A DNA stretch of 64,000 bases from Patescibacteria group bacterium (GTDB lineage Bacteria; Patescibacteriota; Minisyncoccia; Phycocordibacterales; SIBU01), in NCBI GenBank assembly GCA_040390045.1, contig JAZJZC010000001.1, positions 108,005-172,004 on the forward strand, in the 5' to 3' direction. The notes beneath the pieces are model-generated. The model had not been told where the DNA came from. It searched no databases and saw nothing but the letters and a program-made list of their open reading frames with translations. Of the stretch, positions 49,220-58,964 are shown piece after piece. How positions within the stretch are numbered: position 1 is the stretch's first letter; each line of letters opens with the position of its first letter. Position numbers and translations under genes: made by a program.

Positions 49220-49702
49220 ATGAAAACGTATCTAATCGAAGGTTTGTCTGGTACCGGTAAAACAACAGTCTGCGCAGAATTAAATAAAAGGAATTACACA
49301 GCCGTAGATGCCGATGAGGTATTTGCTCATTTTGTTGACCCTAAAACTGGTTTGCATAGTGATGAAAAGACTACACACTGGATGTGGGAGGAAGAAAAAT
49401 TTAATACTATCGTTAAACAGGAAAGGGACGGACAATTATTTGTGTGTGGAGGCGCCACTAATCAGGAAAATTTTAAACATCATTTTGATAAAATTTTTAC
49501 TCTCCATGTTGATGATAACGTTCTGAAAGATAGGCTGTTACATAGAACTAACAATGACTACGGTAAGGACCCGAAGGAATTAGAACAACAACTAGAGTGG
49601 AACAAAGGTGCTGTACAGCATTCAAGACACAGAGGAACAACTTTGATCGACGCAACCAAGCCAATAAGTGACGTGGTGGATGAAATACTAAAAAATCTTT
49701 AA
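49220..49702 (+). CDS. P-loop nucleotide kinase (AAA_18/shikimate-kinase-like)
   Basis: IEGLSGTGKTT, RLLHR.NNDYGK, IDATKP. Confidence 0.85.
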   Translation: MKTYLIEGLSGTGKTTVCAELNKRNYTAVDADEVFAHFVDPKTGLHSDEKTTHWMWEEEKFNTIVKQERDGQLFVCGGATNQENFKHHFDKIFTLHVDDNVLKDRLLHRTNNDYGKDPKELEQQLEWNKGAVQHSRHRGTTLIDATKPISDVVDEILKNL

Positions 49703-49768
49703 ATTAGATTTGGAAACTTAGTTTCCAAAATACTAGCTGACCCTATTCTCCTTGTATCCCCTTGTGAT

Positions 49769-50822
49769 ATGATTTTTATTATGTCTGAAAATCCATCACC
49801 ACTTGAAAAACCTCCTCAAGAAAATATACCCTATCCTGAAATGATAGCTGGACAAAAGCTAGAGACATTAATGAGCCCTGAGTTCAGAACATTTGCTGTG
49901 CGATTTGTAAATTTCCAACAATACAAAGAATATCTTGAAGCGGGCATGGGAGATTCCGGCGGTCGTGGGTTTCAAGCCTACGGAGAAGTTGTAGGTGTTA
50001 TGGACCAATCATTTCCTGAATTTTTAAAGGAATCCTCAAAAGATTGGGGTGAATCCATTCATGAATATACAGACTGGCCTCAATCTCGTGTTGGCATAAA
50101 AGTGCATGAACAGCTAACAGAAATTTTTAGAAATGCTCACACTGAAGCACTGAAATCGGTCGGTAGCAAGGATGAATTGAGAGAAAGATCGCTTGAAATA
50201 TTTCGTGATATTATTTTAAAAAAAGCAAGATCGATTAGAGAAAAAAAGGAAAGTCCTGGATATGATGGTGCGGATGAACGTGGAGCTTTAAACAGAAATC
50301 CTCCTGACTCTTCTTTAGAAAGTAGTCGCTGTATCAAAACTAACGAGTAATGATTCTGGATGGTTGTATGATGGTAGGAATCTTAATGAATTCTTAGAGG
50401 GCGAAAAGACAAACTGGGATTGGCTATATAAAAAGCGTGACCCTAAGCCCCCTTTTCCCGAAGAAATGTTGCGGACAATATACAAATTTGTACACACACC
50501 TAGGGATATTACCCCTGCGGAATTAAAGGTTGTTTTTACCTATCTTTCAGATCTTAATATCGAGGGTGAACTTCAATATGACGTGGCAGTAATTTTTGAT
50601 CCAAGTGTTATGAAAGATTTTTCCAAGTCAGAACATTCCGCAAATCGTTTCTGGTCAGATGTAATTCCCAGAGGAGGAGAACAAAAAATCATGGGTGCTG
50701 TAGCCCTTCGGTCAGATCGTGAACTTGTAGAAAAAATTATTCACACCCCCAACAACAACACAAATCTATCCCATCCTGTGTTTGATTCCAAAGGAAACAT
50801 TAGATATCCCCTTGGGAAGTAA
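49769..50822 (+). pseudogene. hypothetical protein apparently split by a frameshift near 50320 (ORFs 49769-50350 and 50364-50822)
   Basis: The second ORF's frame is open upstream of its assigned start (KVVAVSKLTSNDSGWLYDG) and overlaps the tail of the first ORF. Confidence 0.45.
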
Positions 50823-50977
50823 TCTATTTACAAAGGTTCGACCTTTGTACTTGGAATTCCCACTCAAATTGACAAAACAACCTTTACACTCTAACCTCAA
50901 ACAAGTTGTTAGGGCTGTTCCCTAACACTTTCAACGCTCAGCAGAGCATAAAAGAGCAGTAGCTCTAGAAAGGTAGT

Positions 50978-51493
50978 ATGAAAAGCGTGGTTTCGCAGTA
51001 TCGCAATAGTTACATTCCAACAAATGACGAAGGTCGAGTCCTCGGGAAATTTTTCAAAGAATTTCCGTGGCTTTGGGCCTTATCATCTGACTGGTCCGGT
51101 CTCCTACTCATAAAAGTGCACAGGGCAGATCCTGGAATCGTTGAGGAGAACTTAGGGTGCCCATCATTCGCTTCGACGGCTGGGATTGCAACCACAACCT
51201 TTTGGCTCAAGGCTTGGGGTCGTGATTGTAACCTCAACTTGTGGGAATCTGTTAAACGGATTGAAACGGACGATTGGAATCGGGAAAAGGGCGAGAATCT
51301 GACGTATCTGGTCCGCAAAGCGTTTCGTCAGTTGCCTCCGGAATGTGAACTTGAGTTTCTAATCAGTAAGAAAGAATTCAGGGGGTATACCTCATCTGCA
51401 ATGCATGACGGTCCATGCCCTAGCCATGAGTACAACATCTTCAAGCCACCTCTGGGAGACAAAGGTTTTCGCGGTTTTGCTGGTGTGAAGTAG
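50978..51493 (+). CDS. hypothetical protein (orphan with promoter and terminator)
   Basis: TTGACA-N17-TAACCT at 50868; CCGTCT..AGACGG and T-run after the stop. Confidence 0.6.
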   Translation: MKSVVSQYRNSYIPTNDEGRVLGKFFKEFPWLWALSSDWSGLLLIKVHRADPGIVEENLGCPSFASTAGIATTTFWLKAWGRDCNLNLWESVKRIETDDWNREKGENLTYLVRKAFRQLPPECELEFLISKKEFRGYTSSAMHDGPCPSHEYNIFKPPLGDKGFRGFAGVK

Positions 51494-51661
51494 AGTCCGC
51501 GCTTCAAAATTTTCAATCCGTCTTACGTTTAAATAGTAGACGGGTTTTTCTTTTTTAAAAACTTAAAGCGTTCAACTTACAGAAGTGCGACCTTTGTATA
51601 TAAATTTGACAAAGAACCATATCTCTGTTATATTACCTGTAGCAGTAGAAAAATTTTAACC

Positions 51662-51904
51662 ATGAACGCTCAACTTCTTGTGGTAACGCAAACCGTACTC
51701 GAGAACTTCTCGAATACCGATTTGGCCGCTTTAAACACCCAAGTCGGGTTTTACGGGAATATGGCAAAGGGTTGTCCTGGCTACGCTCAAGCGTTTGAGA
51801 CTGGACTCATCAAGGAAAGCGGCGAGCCCGCTGACCTCGACACACTTCGGGAAGCTTGCAGGCTTGAGGTCGTCCGCCGGGACGAAGCAGGAACATTCCA
51901 ATAA
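51662..51904 (+). CDS. small hypothetical protein
   Basis: TTGACA-N17-TATATT at 51606; terminator at about 51947-51990. Confidence 0.55.
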   Translation: MNAQLLVVTQTVLENFSNTDLAALNTQVGFYGNMAKGCPGYAQAFETGLIKESGEPADLDTLREACRLEVVRRDEAGTFQ

Positions 51905-52100
51905 ATCCCCTCCTCGTCTCATCAGCCGAGGAAACACCCAAGCGCGACCGCCCAACTCAAGTTTCACTTGGGATGGGCGGTTTTCTTTTTTAGAAAATCT
52001 AAGTCCCCTGACTTGTAAGTAATGACATTCTTGCCACTATAAACTTGTAAATGCTATTATCATATATGTAGCCTGAATTTATTAACTAACATTAAAGTTT

Positions 52101-52724
52101 ATGAAAGTGAAAATAATGCCAGTGATTTCAAGTGCTATTGTATTTTCTAGTCTGATATTCGGAATAGCGTCAGCTCAAAGTGTTGCCGCAATCAATATTC
52201 ACGCGAATGCAAACGTTGAACTAGAAACAAAAGGTAACGCCACAAGCACTAACGCAAAAAACGGTAACGCAACGAGCACGGATGCAAACAGCCAAGGTCA
52301 ACTTACTGCCGAATCACACCGTAGTACAGTTGCGTCGTTTGTGGAATCACTTCTCAGTGTCGCCAATCGCGAAGGTGGAATCGGAGCCCAAGTACGAGTA
52401 ATTGCCCAAGCACAAAACGATTCAGCGAGCACCACTGCAGAAGCCATCACAAAGGTGGAGAGCCGAAACAGTCTTAAGACATTTTTGATTGGTAGTGACT
52501 ACAAAAATTTAGGCCAACTTCGTAGCGAAATTGTTACCACTCAAAACAACATAGACCAACTAAAAAAACTAGAAGCGCAAGCAACGAGTGATGCAGACAA
52601 AGCAGAACTGACAGTTCAGATCAAAGCCCTTGAGGATTCTCAGGTAAAAGTGGAAGCATTTGTTAAGGCGCATGAAAGTTCATTCAGCCTCTTTGGCTGG
52701 TTTGTAAAGCTATTCGTAAAATAA
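52101..52724 (+). CDS. secreted helical/coiled-coil hypothetical protein
   Basis: Signal peptide, GIGAQVRVIAQAQ, TFLIGSDYKNL, FSLFGWF. Confidence 0.75.
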   Translation: MKVKIMPVISSAIVFSSLIFGIASAQSVAAINIHANANVELETKGNATSTNAKNGNATSTDANSQGQLTAESHRSTVASFVESLLSVANREGGIGAQVRVIAQAQNDSASTTAEAITKVESRNSLKTFLIGSDYKNLGQLRSEIVTTQNNIDQLKKLEAQATSDADKAELTVQIKALEDSQVKVEAFVKAHESSFSLFGWFVKLFVK

Positions 52725-52779
52725 TTTACTAGGCATACATGTAGCCGTCAAGCAATTGCTTGAACCTGTTTTTGGTGTC

Positions 52780-52950
52780 ATGACAAATACGAGCAAAACT
52801 AAAATACTATATTCCGTTCTTGCAACACTATTCGGGGCATTTTTTGTTGTATACAGTGGGATTGATGACAGTCCTGGAGGACAATTGCTCGGACTCGTGG
52901 TAGTTATTGCCGGCATTGTAGGCATAGTAAAAAGCAAGAAGAAAATCTGA
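52780..52950 (+). CDS. small two-TM protein
   Basis: G.DDSPGGQLLG motif between two TM segments. Confidence 0.6.
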   Translation: MTNTSKTKILYSVLATLFGAFFVVYSGIDDSPGGQLLGLVVVIAGIVGIVKSKKKI

Positions 52951-53050
52951 CCAAACAAGGCTCTGACACCGTCTGCTAAAATTAGAATTAGTAATACATT
53001 AAAAATGTATACTGCCTTCTCAAATACATGAGAATAATTAAATAAGTCGC

Positions 53051-53599
53051 ATGTCTGTAAAAATTACATACTTTGTACACGGAACAACTACCGACAATGA
53101 GAAGGAGGTGTCATCAGGTTGGTCTGATGCGGAACTTTCAGAACTTGGTATCCAGCAATCAATTGATTTGAAAGAAAAAACTAAGGATAAAACATTTGAT
53201 GCGATCTTTTGTTCTGATTTACAGCGTGCGGTTAGGTCAGCAGAACTAGTTTGGGGTGGAATATATCCTATTGTTCCTGACGCTAGGTTAAGAGAGTGTA
53301 ATTATGGAAAACTTAATGCCAACCCCTCTGCCATAGTTGAACCAATGCAAGAGGAAGAGTGCCTTACAAGCCCCTTTCCTGAAGGAGAAAGTTACGAAGA
53401 TGTGAAAACTAGAATTGCCGACTTTCTTGAATTTCTAAAAAAGAATTATGACGGAAAAAGTGTTGCGATTGTTGCACACAAAGCCCCGCAACTTTCGCTT
53501 GATGTTTTACTAAAGGGCAAAACTTGGACACAAGCTCTTGCAGAAGATTGGAGAAAGACTAAATCTTGGAAAGCGGGTTGGTACTATGTGCTAAACTAA
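53051..53599 (+). CDS. histidine phosphatase family protein
   Basis: FVHGTT (RHG variant), SDLQRA, LRECNYG, GES, IVAH. Confidence 0.85.
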   Translation: MSVKITYFVHGTTTDNEKEVSSGWSDAELSELGIQQSIDLKEKTKDKTFDAIFCSDLQRAVRSAELVWGGIYPIVPDARLRECNYGKLNANPSAIVEPMQEEECLTSPFPEGESYEDVKTRIADFLEFLKKNYDGKSVAIVAHKAPQLSLDVLLKGKTWTQALAEDWRKTKSWKAGWYYVLN

Positions 53600-53970
53600 A
53601 AAAACTTAAGTACAAAGAGCTTCTTTTCAAAAATTTCCCAAATGACCCAACTTTTCATCCCACGTGTCGGGCTGGTTATCTGCACGCTTGCAAATCAATT
53701 GCTCATAAACAGCAGGGTCAGGAAAAGCAAATAAAGTTTGTCCTCGTCCTATCCCCGCCGCAAGCGGTTCCCTCGCGGACTCGGCGGGGTATTAGGCGAG
53801 GAATCGGGGCAAACTTTTTGTAGCAGAGTCGGCTCCGCCGACTCATCCATTCGTTGTGGATTCATCCTCGCCGCAAGGCAGGCGAGGTATTCTCCGCAGT
53901 TACAATAAAAAAGACACCGAGGGATTGCCCTTGGTGTCGGTTATCTTGTGGCCAATTTGTGTTAGTGACC

Positions 53971-54408
53971 CTACTGACGAAAACGTTTTCCACGAACCGT
54001 GAGTTGCACGTCCTCTTTTTTTGCCTCAAACGTTTTACGAATGAAAGCCAAGGCTTTTTCCTGGTCGAACGCCTTGCATGAGAAGATGTCCAGAAAGAAC
54101 GTCTTGTCATACGGATAGGTGTGGATGGAGATGTGGGAGGTCGCAATAATAACGACCCCGGTCACTCCATAATCATTCGGCATATCAGCCCCGTCATATG
54201 AAATGACGTAAGGTTGAGTCAGCCGTTGCATTCCGATGACCGCCGGCAATTTGAGCAAGAACTCAAACACCACTTGCATGTCATTCAGACGAACATGATC
54301 AGCCTCATACCCGTCGTAAGTGAGGTGCGGACCGTACCCTTTGATTTCGTTTTTACGGTCGGTGTCAGAAGGAATGTTCTGACTAACTGCCCTTTGCTTC
54401 GTGTTCAT
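53971..54408 (-). CDS. SpeD-family pyruvoyl-dependent decarboxylase (SAM, arginine or ornithine substrate)
   Basis: GPHLTYD, GVTGVVIIATSHISIHTYP, LDIFSCK. Confidence 0.85.
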   Translation of the reverse strand: MNTKQRAVSQNIPSDTDRKNEIKGYGPHLTYDGYEADHVRLNDMQVVFEFLLKLPAVIGMQRLTQPYVISYDGADMPNDYGVTGVVIIATSHISIHTYPYDKTFFLDIFSCKAFDQEKALAFIRKTFEAKKEDVQLTVRGKRFRQ

Positions 54409-54690
54409 TTAATTGCTTGAAGTTTTAGTTTTTTATACTGGTACCCGCTTCCTGAGCGCCTCTGCATGGAAGTATAGGGAAGAATGTTTAAAATGTAAAT
54501 GTGGATAACATAATTTGCAAATGAACATCGAACATGAATATTGACAAGTGCTGGTAAATTCTATACTGTACTTTTAGTTCGAAAAAGCTTTTGCCTTTCC
54601 TTTTTGATCATCAATCTGATTAGTAAAGGATCTGTTTTTTTATTGAACCTTAAAAAATGACGGTACACCCGTCTGTGATAGGAGAAACAC

Positions 54691-56547
54691 ATGAAATCGA
54701 AAAGAGTAGTTGAAAAGTCGGAAAACGGCTTGGCCCATCTTGTTGATGGCGTTCTGTGCTTAGCGCTTAGTTCCAAGGTCTTTGCGGACTGTAGGTCACC
54801 GCGGGAAGTTGTTACTGTCGGCACTCCGCCAAATCCGGAGCTTGGTGACATTTCAGTTGTTTGTTTCGGACTTGCGGAGAAACTTAACCGGAAGAAAGAT
54901 GTAAACACCGTGGCTAAACAACTTGCCGCGGCGATTCCGTCGACTTCAAAAATCGCAAAGGTGTCGGCTGCCGGACCTTATGTGAACATAACGTTCGATC
55001 GCGCGGCGGTAAGCGCGCCTGCAGTTACGGCAATACTTGCCGAGAATGAGCGGTACGGGTTCAACAAAACCCTTGCAGGAAAAACATTCATGGTGGAGTA
55101 TCTTTCCCCAAATACCAACAAGCCACTTCACTTAGGACACCTGAGAAATGGCGTAATCGGAACAACCGCAGCTCGGTTGCTCGAAGCGTGCGGCGCAACG
55201 GTGCTCAAGGCGAACAACATCAACGATCGGGGCATTCACATCATCAAGTCAATGCTCACCTACCAGAAATTTGGCAACGGCGAAACTCCCGAATCAACTG
55301 GTGAAAAAGGAGATCATTTCGTCGGTCGGTATTATGTCCGGTTCGAAACGGAACTTCGCCGCCTAAAAGCCGAGTGGCTGAAAGAGAGAGGCCTTACTTG
55401 GGACGTACTCTCGGAAGAGGAGCAAGAAAAAATTAGCGAACTTTTCGAGAAGGAATGTCCGCTCATGGTTGAAGCGCGGGAGATGCTGCGTCTTTGGGAA
55501 TCAGGCGACCCTGCGGTCCTTCCGCTCTGGCGCAGGATGAACCAATGGGTGTTGTCCGGATTCGACCAGTCAAATGCCCGTTTAGGGTACGCGTTTGACA
55601 GGGTCTATTACGAGAGTGAGACCTACCTTCTCGGACGCAGGATTGTTCTGGAACAACTCGAGCGCGGAATCGGCGAGCGCCGCCCCGATCAGGCGGTGGT
55701 CGTTGACCTCAGCAATTCAAAGCTTGGTACAAAACTACTTCTTCGTGCGGACGGAACTTCAGTGTACATGACCCAAGATGTCGGTCTGGCCGTTACGCGA
55801 TTCGAACAAGAAGGACGACTTGATGGCATCATTTATGTGGTGGCCACTGAGCAGGAGCATCATTTCAAGGTCCTCTTCGAATTGTTGAAACGCTACGGTT
55901 ATGATTGGGCGTCGTCGCTATACCACCTTTCATATGGGATGGTGAATCTGCCATCAGGCCGGATGAAGTCTCGTGAAGGAACAGTGGTTGACGCCGATAA
56001 TCTGCTTGATGAACTTGAGCGGTCGGCGGCGCAGAAACTTGGGCGCGACGGTTCGGAGGCTACCAGCAAAGAAGTTCAACGTTCCTCATCGATTATCGCG
56101 ATTGGGGCGCTGAACTACTACTTGGCAGCGGTTACTCCGCGAGCCGACATGTTGTTTGACCCAAGCTCGTCAATCGAGTTTGAGGGCGATACTGGACCGT
56201 ACATCCAGTACTCCTGCGTTCGGATATCGTCAATCATCAATAAAGCGGGAGGACTGCCGGTGGTGCAGTATCCGGACGCACTGACAGATGATGATGCCTT
56301 TGCGCTTGTCAAAGCACTGATTGAGTTTCCGAACGCAGTCAAACAGGCGGCGCAGCAGTTCAATCCCACCATACTCACTGCTGCCCTCTATAAAACGGCA
56401 AAAACATTTTCGTCGTTTTATAGAAATCGGCACGTGCTTCATGATGGTACTGTCAACCAAGATAGGCTTGAACTGTGTCAGGCCACGAAAGTCGTGCTAA
56501 CAAACGGGTTGAAATTGCTTGGCGTCGGGATTCCCGAGCGGATGTAA
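54691..56547 (+). CDS. argS: arginine--tRNA ligase
   Basis: EYLSPNTNKPLHLGHLRN, YES, MKSREG, GDTGPYIQY, C-terminal ERM. Confidence 0.95.
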   Translation: MKSKRVVEKSENGLAHLVDGVLCLALSSKVFADCRSPREVVTVGTPPNPELGDISVVCFGLAEKLNRKKDVNTVAKQLAAAIPSTSKIAKVSAAGPYVNITFDRAAVSAPAVTAILAENERYGFNKTLAGKTFMVEYLSPNTNKPLHLGHLRNGVIGTTAARLLEACGATVLKANNINDRGIHIIKSMLTYQKFGNGETPESTGEKGDHFVGRYYVRFETELRRLKAEWLKERGLTWDVLSEEEQEKISELFEKECPLMVEAREMLRLWESGDPAVLPLWRRMNQWVLSGFDQSNARLGYAFDRVYYESETYLLGRRIVLEQLERGIGERRPDQAVVVDLSNSKLGTKLLLRADGTSVYMTQDVGLAVTRFEQEGRLDGIIYVVATEQEHHFKVLFELLKRYGYDWASSLYHLSYGMVNLPSGRMKSREGTVVDADNLLDELERSAAQKLGRDGSEATSKEVQRSSSIIAIGALNYYLAAVTPRADMLFDPSSSIEFEGDTGPYIQYSCVRISSIINKAGGLPVVQYPDALTDDDAFALVKALIEFPNAVKQAAQQFNPTILTAALYKTAKTFSSFYRNRHVLHDGTVNQDRLELCQATKVVLTNGLKLLGVGIPERM

Positions 56548-56686
56548 TTCGGTATCGCCATTAAATTGTAGTTAACCCAAGGAGAATTTCCAAAAGATTT
56601 TCTCCTTTTTTATTGACATCGGTTTTAATATGGTTTATTCTCAACTTCAGAAATTGTCAGTAAAAACTCAACCAAAGGAGATAAAA

Positions 56687-57355
56687 GTGTCGAATTCGAA
56701 TCTCTCGAAAACAGAAGACCACGGTCCTCTCAGTAAGTTTCTCCGGACTTTGCGGTTCAATAAGATAACCGAGGTAACCATTGAGGCCGGACATATCTAT
56801 GCCGACCAGGTACCGGGCCAAGAACAACGGGAGGGCTTTGCGGTAGCGTGTGAGATTTGCAAGCAATTATCTTTGGAGGGTATTACTCCAAGGCGAATCG
56901 TGTTTGTTGATGACTACAACGCCAAAAGAAATGGCTTTTCCGTGGAAGGTTATCTCGAATTTGCCACCGTTTGCGGATTTGCTCCCGACAGTGTTTTTTG
57001 GGAGTCGGAGATGGCCGGACACGCTGAAGTCTTGATTGATAAGCTCATGAAGCAGGGTCAACTGGAGAATGGCGAGGGTCAAAAACTTCTGACTGTGAAG
57101 CAGGGTATCAAGCTTCGTCATTCCGATGGGCGCTATACCTGCGCTGCTCTAGACACAGCCTTTCATCTTGAGCGGTTTCGTCAATTTGGTTACAACGTTA
57201 CGGTGTTACCCAAATGTTCGGAGCATAACCCCGAGCAAGATTATGCCGACCAGCAGCGAAATGTGCGGCGGCTCTTACGAATTCTCGGAAACGATCATTC
57301 GCCGCTCGCGACCGTGTTCTTTGACCCACAGCGCAATCTCAACATTGTGCACTGA
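56687..57355 (+). CDS. hypothetical protein with class-I aaRS-like (HUP) nucleotide-binding motifs
   Basis: IEAGHIY, VFVDDYN, YTCAALD; AAGGAG RBS before GTG 56687; own promoter TTGACA at 56613. Confidence 0.6.
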   Translation: MSNSNLSKTEDHGPLSKFLRTLRFNKITEVTIEAGHIYADQVPGQEQREGFAVACEICKQLSLEGITPRRIVFVDDYNAKRNGFSVEGYLEFATVCGFAPDSVFWESEMAGHAEVLIDKLMKQGQLENGEGQKLLTVKQGIKLRHSDGRYTCAALDTAFHLERFRQFGYNVTVLPKCSEHNPEQDYADQQRNVRRLLRILGNDHSPLATVFFDPQRNLNIVH

Positions 57356-57490
57356 ATATATTAGGAGGAGAATTTCTGAACGATTTTCTCCTTTTTTCTT
57401 GCCAAAATATCTAATGCCATTTATTATTCAATTTTTGATGACTCTAGTGCTTCCCCTATGTTGTGGTATGCTTTTAATTCAAGAATTACG

Positions 57491-58669
57491 ATGAAGAAAG
57501 ATATTACAATTGTTTGCAGTAAATGTTTAAAGCCGTCGAAGAAAGGTGTTATTTCCTGCACATGCTCAACGAGCCGGTACTACGATTATGAAACCGTGCT
57601 TTATGACTACAAAAAGGCGGCTGAAAATTTTCCACTCGTCGGTACTCATAACGGTTTAGATAGATTTTTACCGTTGCTTCCCAATGAAAAGTTTTCAATT
57701 ACTTTGGGTGAAGGTAATACTCCCCTGCTTCACTTTCAAAAATTCGGACTGAAATACGGTTTGGCGCGCCTTTTTGTCAAAAACGAAACTGGAAATCCCA
57801 CCGGATGTTTTAAAGACCGAGAAACCGCGGTAGGCATCAATGTTGAAAGTGAGCAAGGCACAAAAAAAATTGAGATTGTTTCATCGGGAAATGCCGCGAT
57901 TTCAGCCGTAGCTTATAGCAATAAGGCCGGTATCGAGTGTCTCTGCCATATACCGGAGACGACTTCTGAAGGTAAAAAGCAGTTGCTTCAGATTTTTGGT
58001 GCAAAGTTTCAATTGCACAAGGGTGACTACGAAAACATTTATCGCAATGTCATTGATTCACATTCGTTGAAAGATACAGTTGTAAATTTTACGGCTGGCA
58101 AATATGTTTATAGGGAAGAAGGTAATAAGACCATTGCTTTTGAAATTTATGAACAGTTAGATGCGGTACCCGATACCGTTGTTGTTCCAATCGGTAACGG
58201 TTCGCTGCTTTTCGCAGTATACAAAGGTTTTTGGGAACTTTTACAGATGAAGAAAATAAAAAAAATTCCGAAGATGATAGGAGTTCAAATTGCCGGATTT
58301 TCACCTGTTGCTGAAGCGTTACGGCAGGGAAAGGATTTTGTCGCCCTACCCAATTCACCCCATTCAATTGCTGAGGGGGGAATTGCCGCCATGGAAAGTT
58401 ATTGTTCTCCGAAAGCGATAAAGGCCATTAAGGAAACGGATGGCGCTGTAATTGAAATTACTGATGCCGATTTGGTCCGTGTACTTAAAGAATTGATAAC
58501 TGAAGAATCCTTTGTTGTTGAGCCAACTTCTCTTGCTCCTTTTGCTGCGTTCTCGCAGATTAAGTCAGAGCCGAACGAAACGATAGTGTGTGTTGCAACC
58601 GGGAATGCTTTTAAAAATCTTGAAGAAATTCTTCGGATGCTTGAGGGGTGGAGTCACGCAAAAAAGTAA
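57491..58669 (+). CDS. threonine-synthase-like PLP fold-II enzyme
   Basis: LGEGNTPL, KNETGNPTGCFKDR, SSGNAA, EGNKT, PIGNG; N-terminal Cys cluster. Confidence 0.8.
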   Translation: MKKDITIVCSKCLKPSKKGVISCTCSTSRYYDYETVLYDYKKAAENFPLVGTHNGLDRFLPLLPNEKFSITLGEGNTPLLHFQKFGLKYGLARLFVKNETGNPTGCFKDRETAVGINVESEQGTKKIEIVSSGNAAISAVAYSNKAGIECLCHIPETTSEGKKQLLQIFGAKFQLHKGDYENIYRNVIDSHSLKDTVVNFTAGKYVYREEGNKTIAFEIYEQLDAVPDTVVVPIGNGSLLFAVYKGFWELLQMKKIKKIPKMIGVQIAGFSPVAEALRQGKDFVALPNSPHSIAEGGIAAMESYCSPKAIKAIKETDGAVIEITDADLVRVLKELITEESFVVEPTSLAPFAAFSQIKSEPNETIVCVATGNAFKNLEEILRMLEGWSHAKK

Positions 58670-58964
58670 AAATATAATGAAGTTGCTTTTCGTAGACATT
58701 ATTACGGATGACCCGATTTTTCAGGAAAGTGATGAAAAAATGTTGTCCAAATATTGCCGGTGGTTATTTCAGCAGGTAACATTCGGCCTTCGTCCACGGG
58801 ACGGGGGCGATTTTTTTCATATATCTTTTATGTATAATAATGTTGTAATTTAGGGCTACTTTCTTCGTGCTGCCTTTCATTTTCTGACCGTCAAGATTTA
58901 CATTTTTGGTATAAAAAAACCCGGGGCACATTTCTGTAACTCCGGGTGTGATTGCTATCGACAT

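Noticed and set aside
58677-58853. Gene downstream of the thrC-like CDS (MKLLFVDIITDD...)
   Set aside because: Possibly a truncated remnant, but too short and with no motif I can support.
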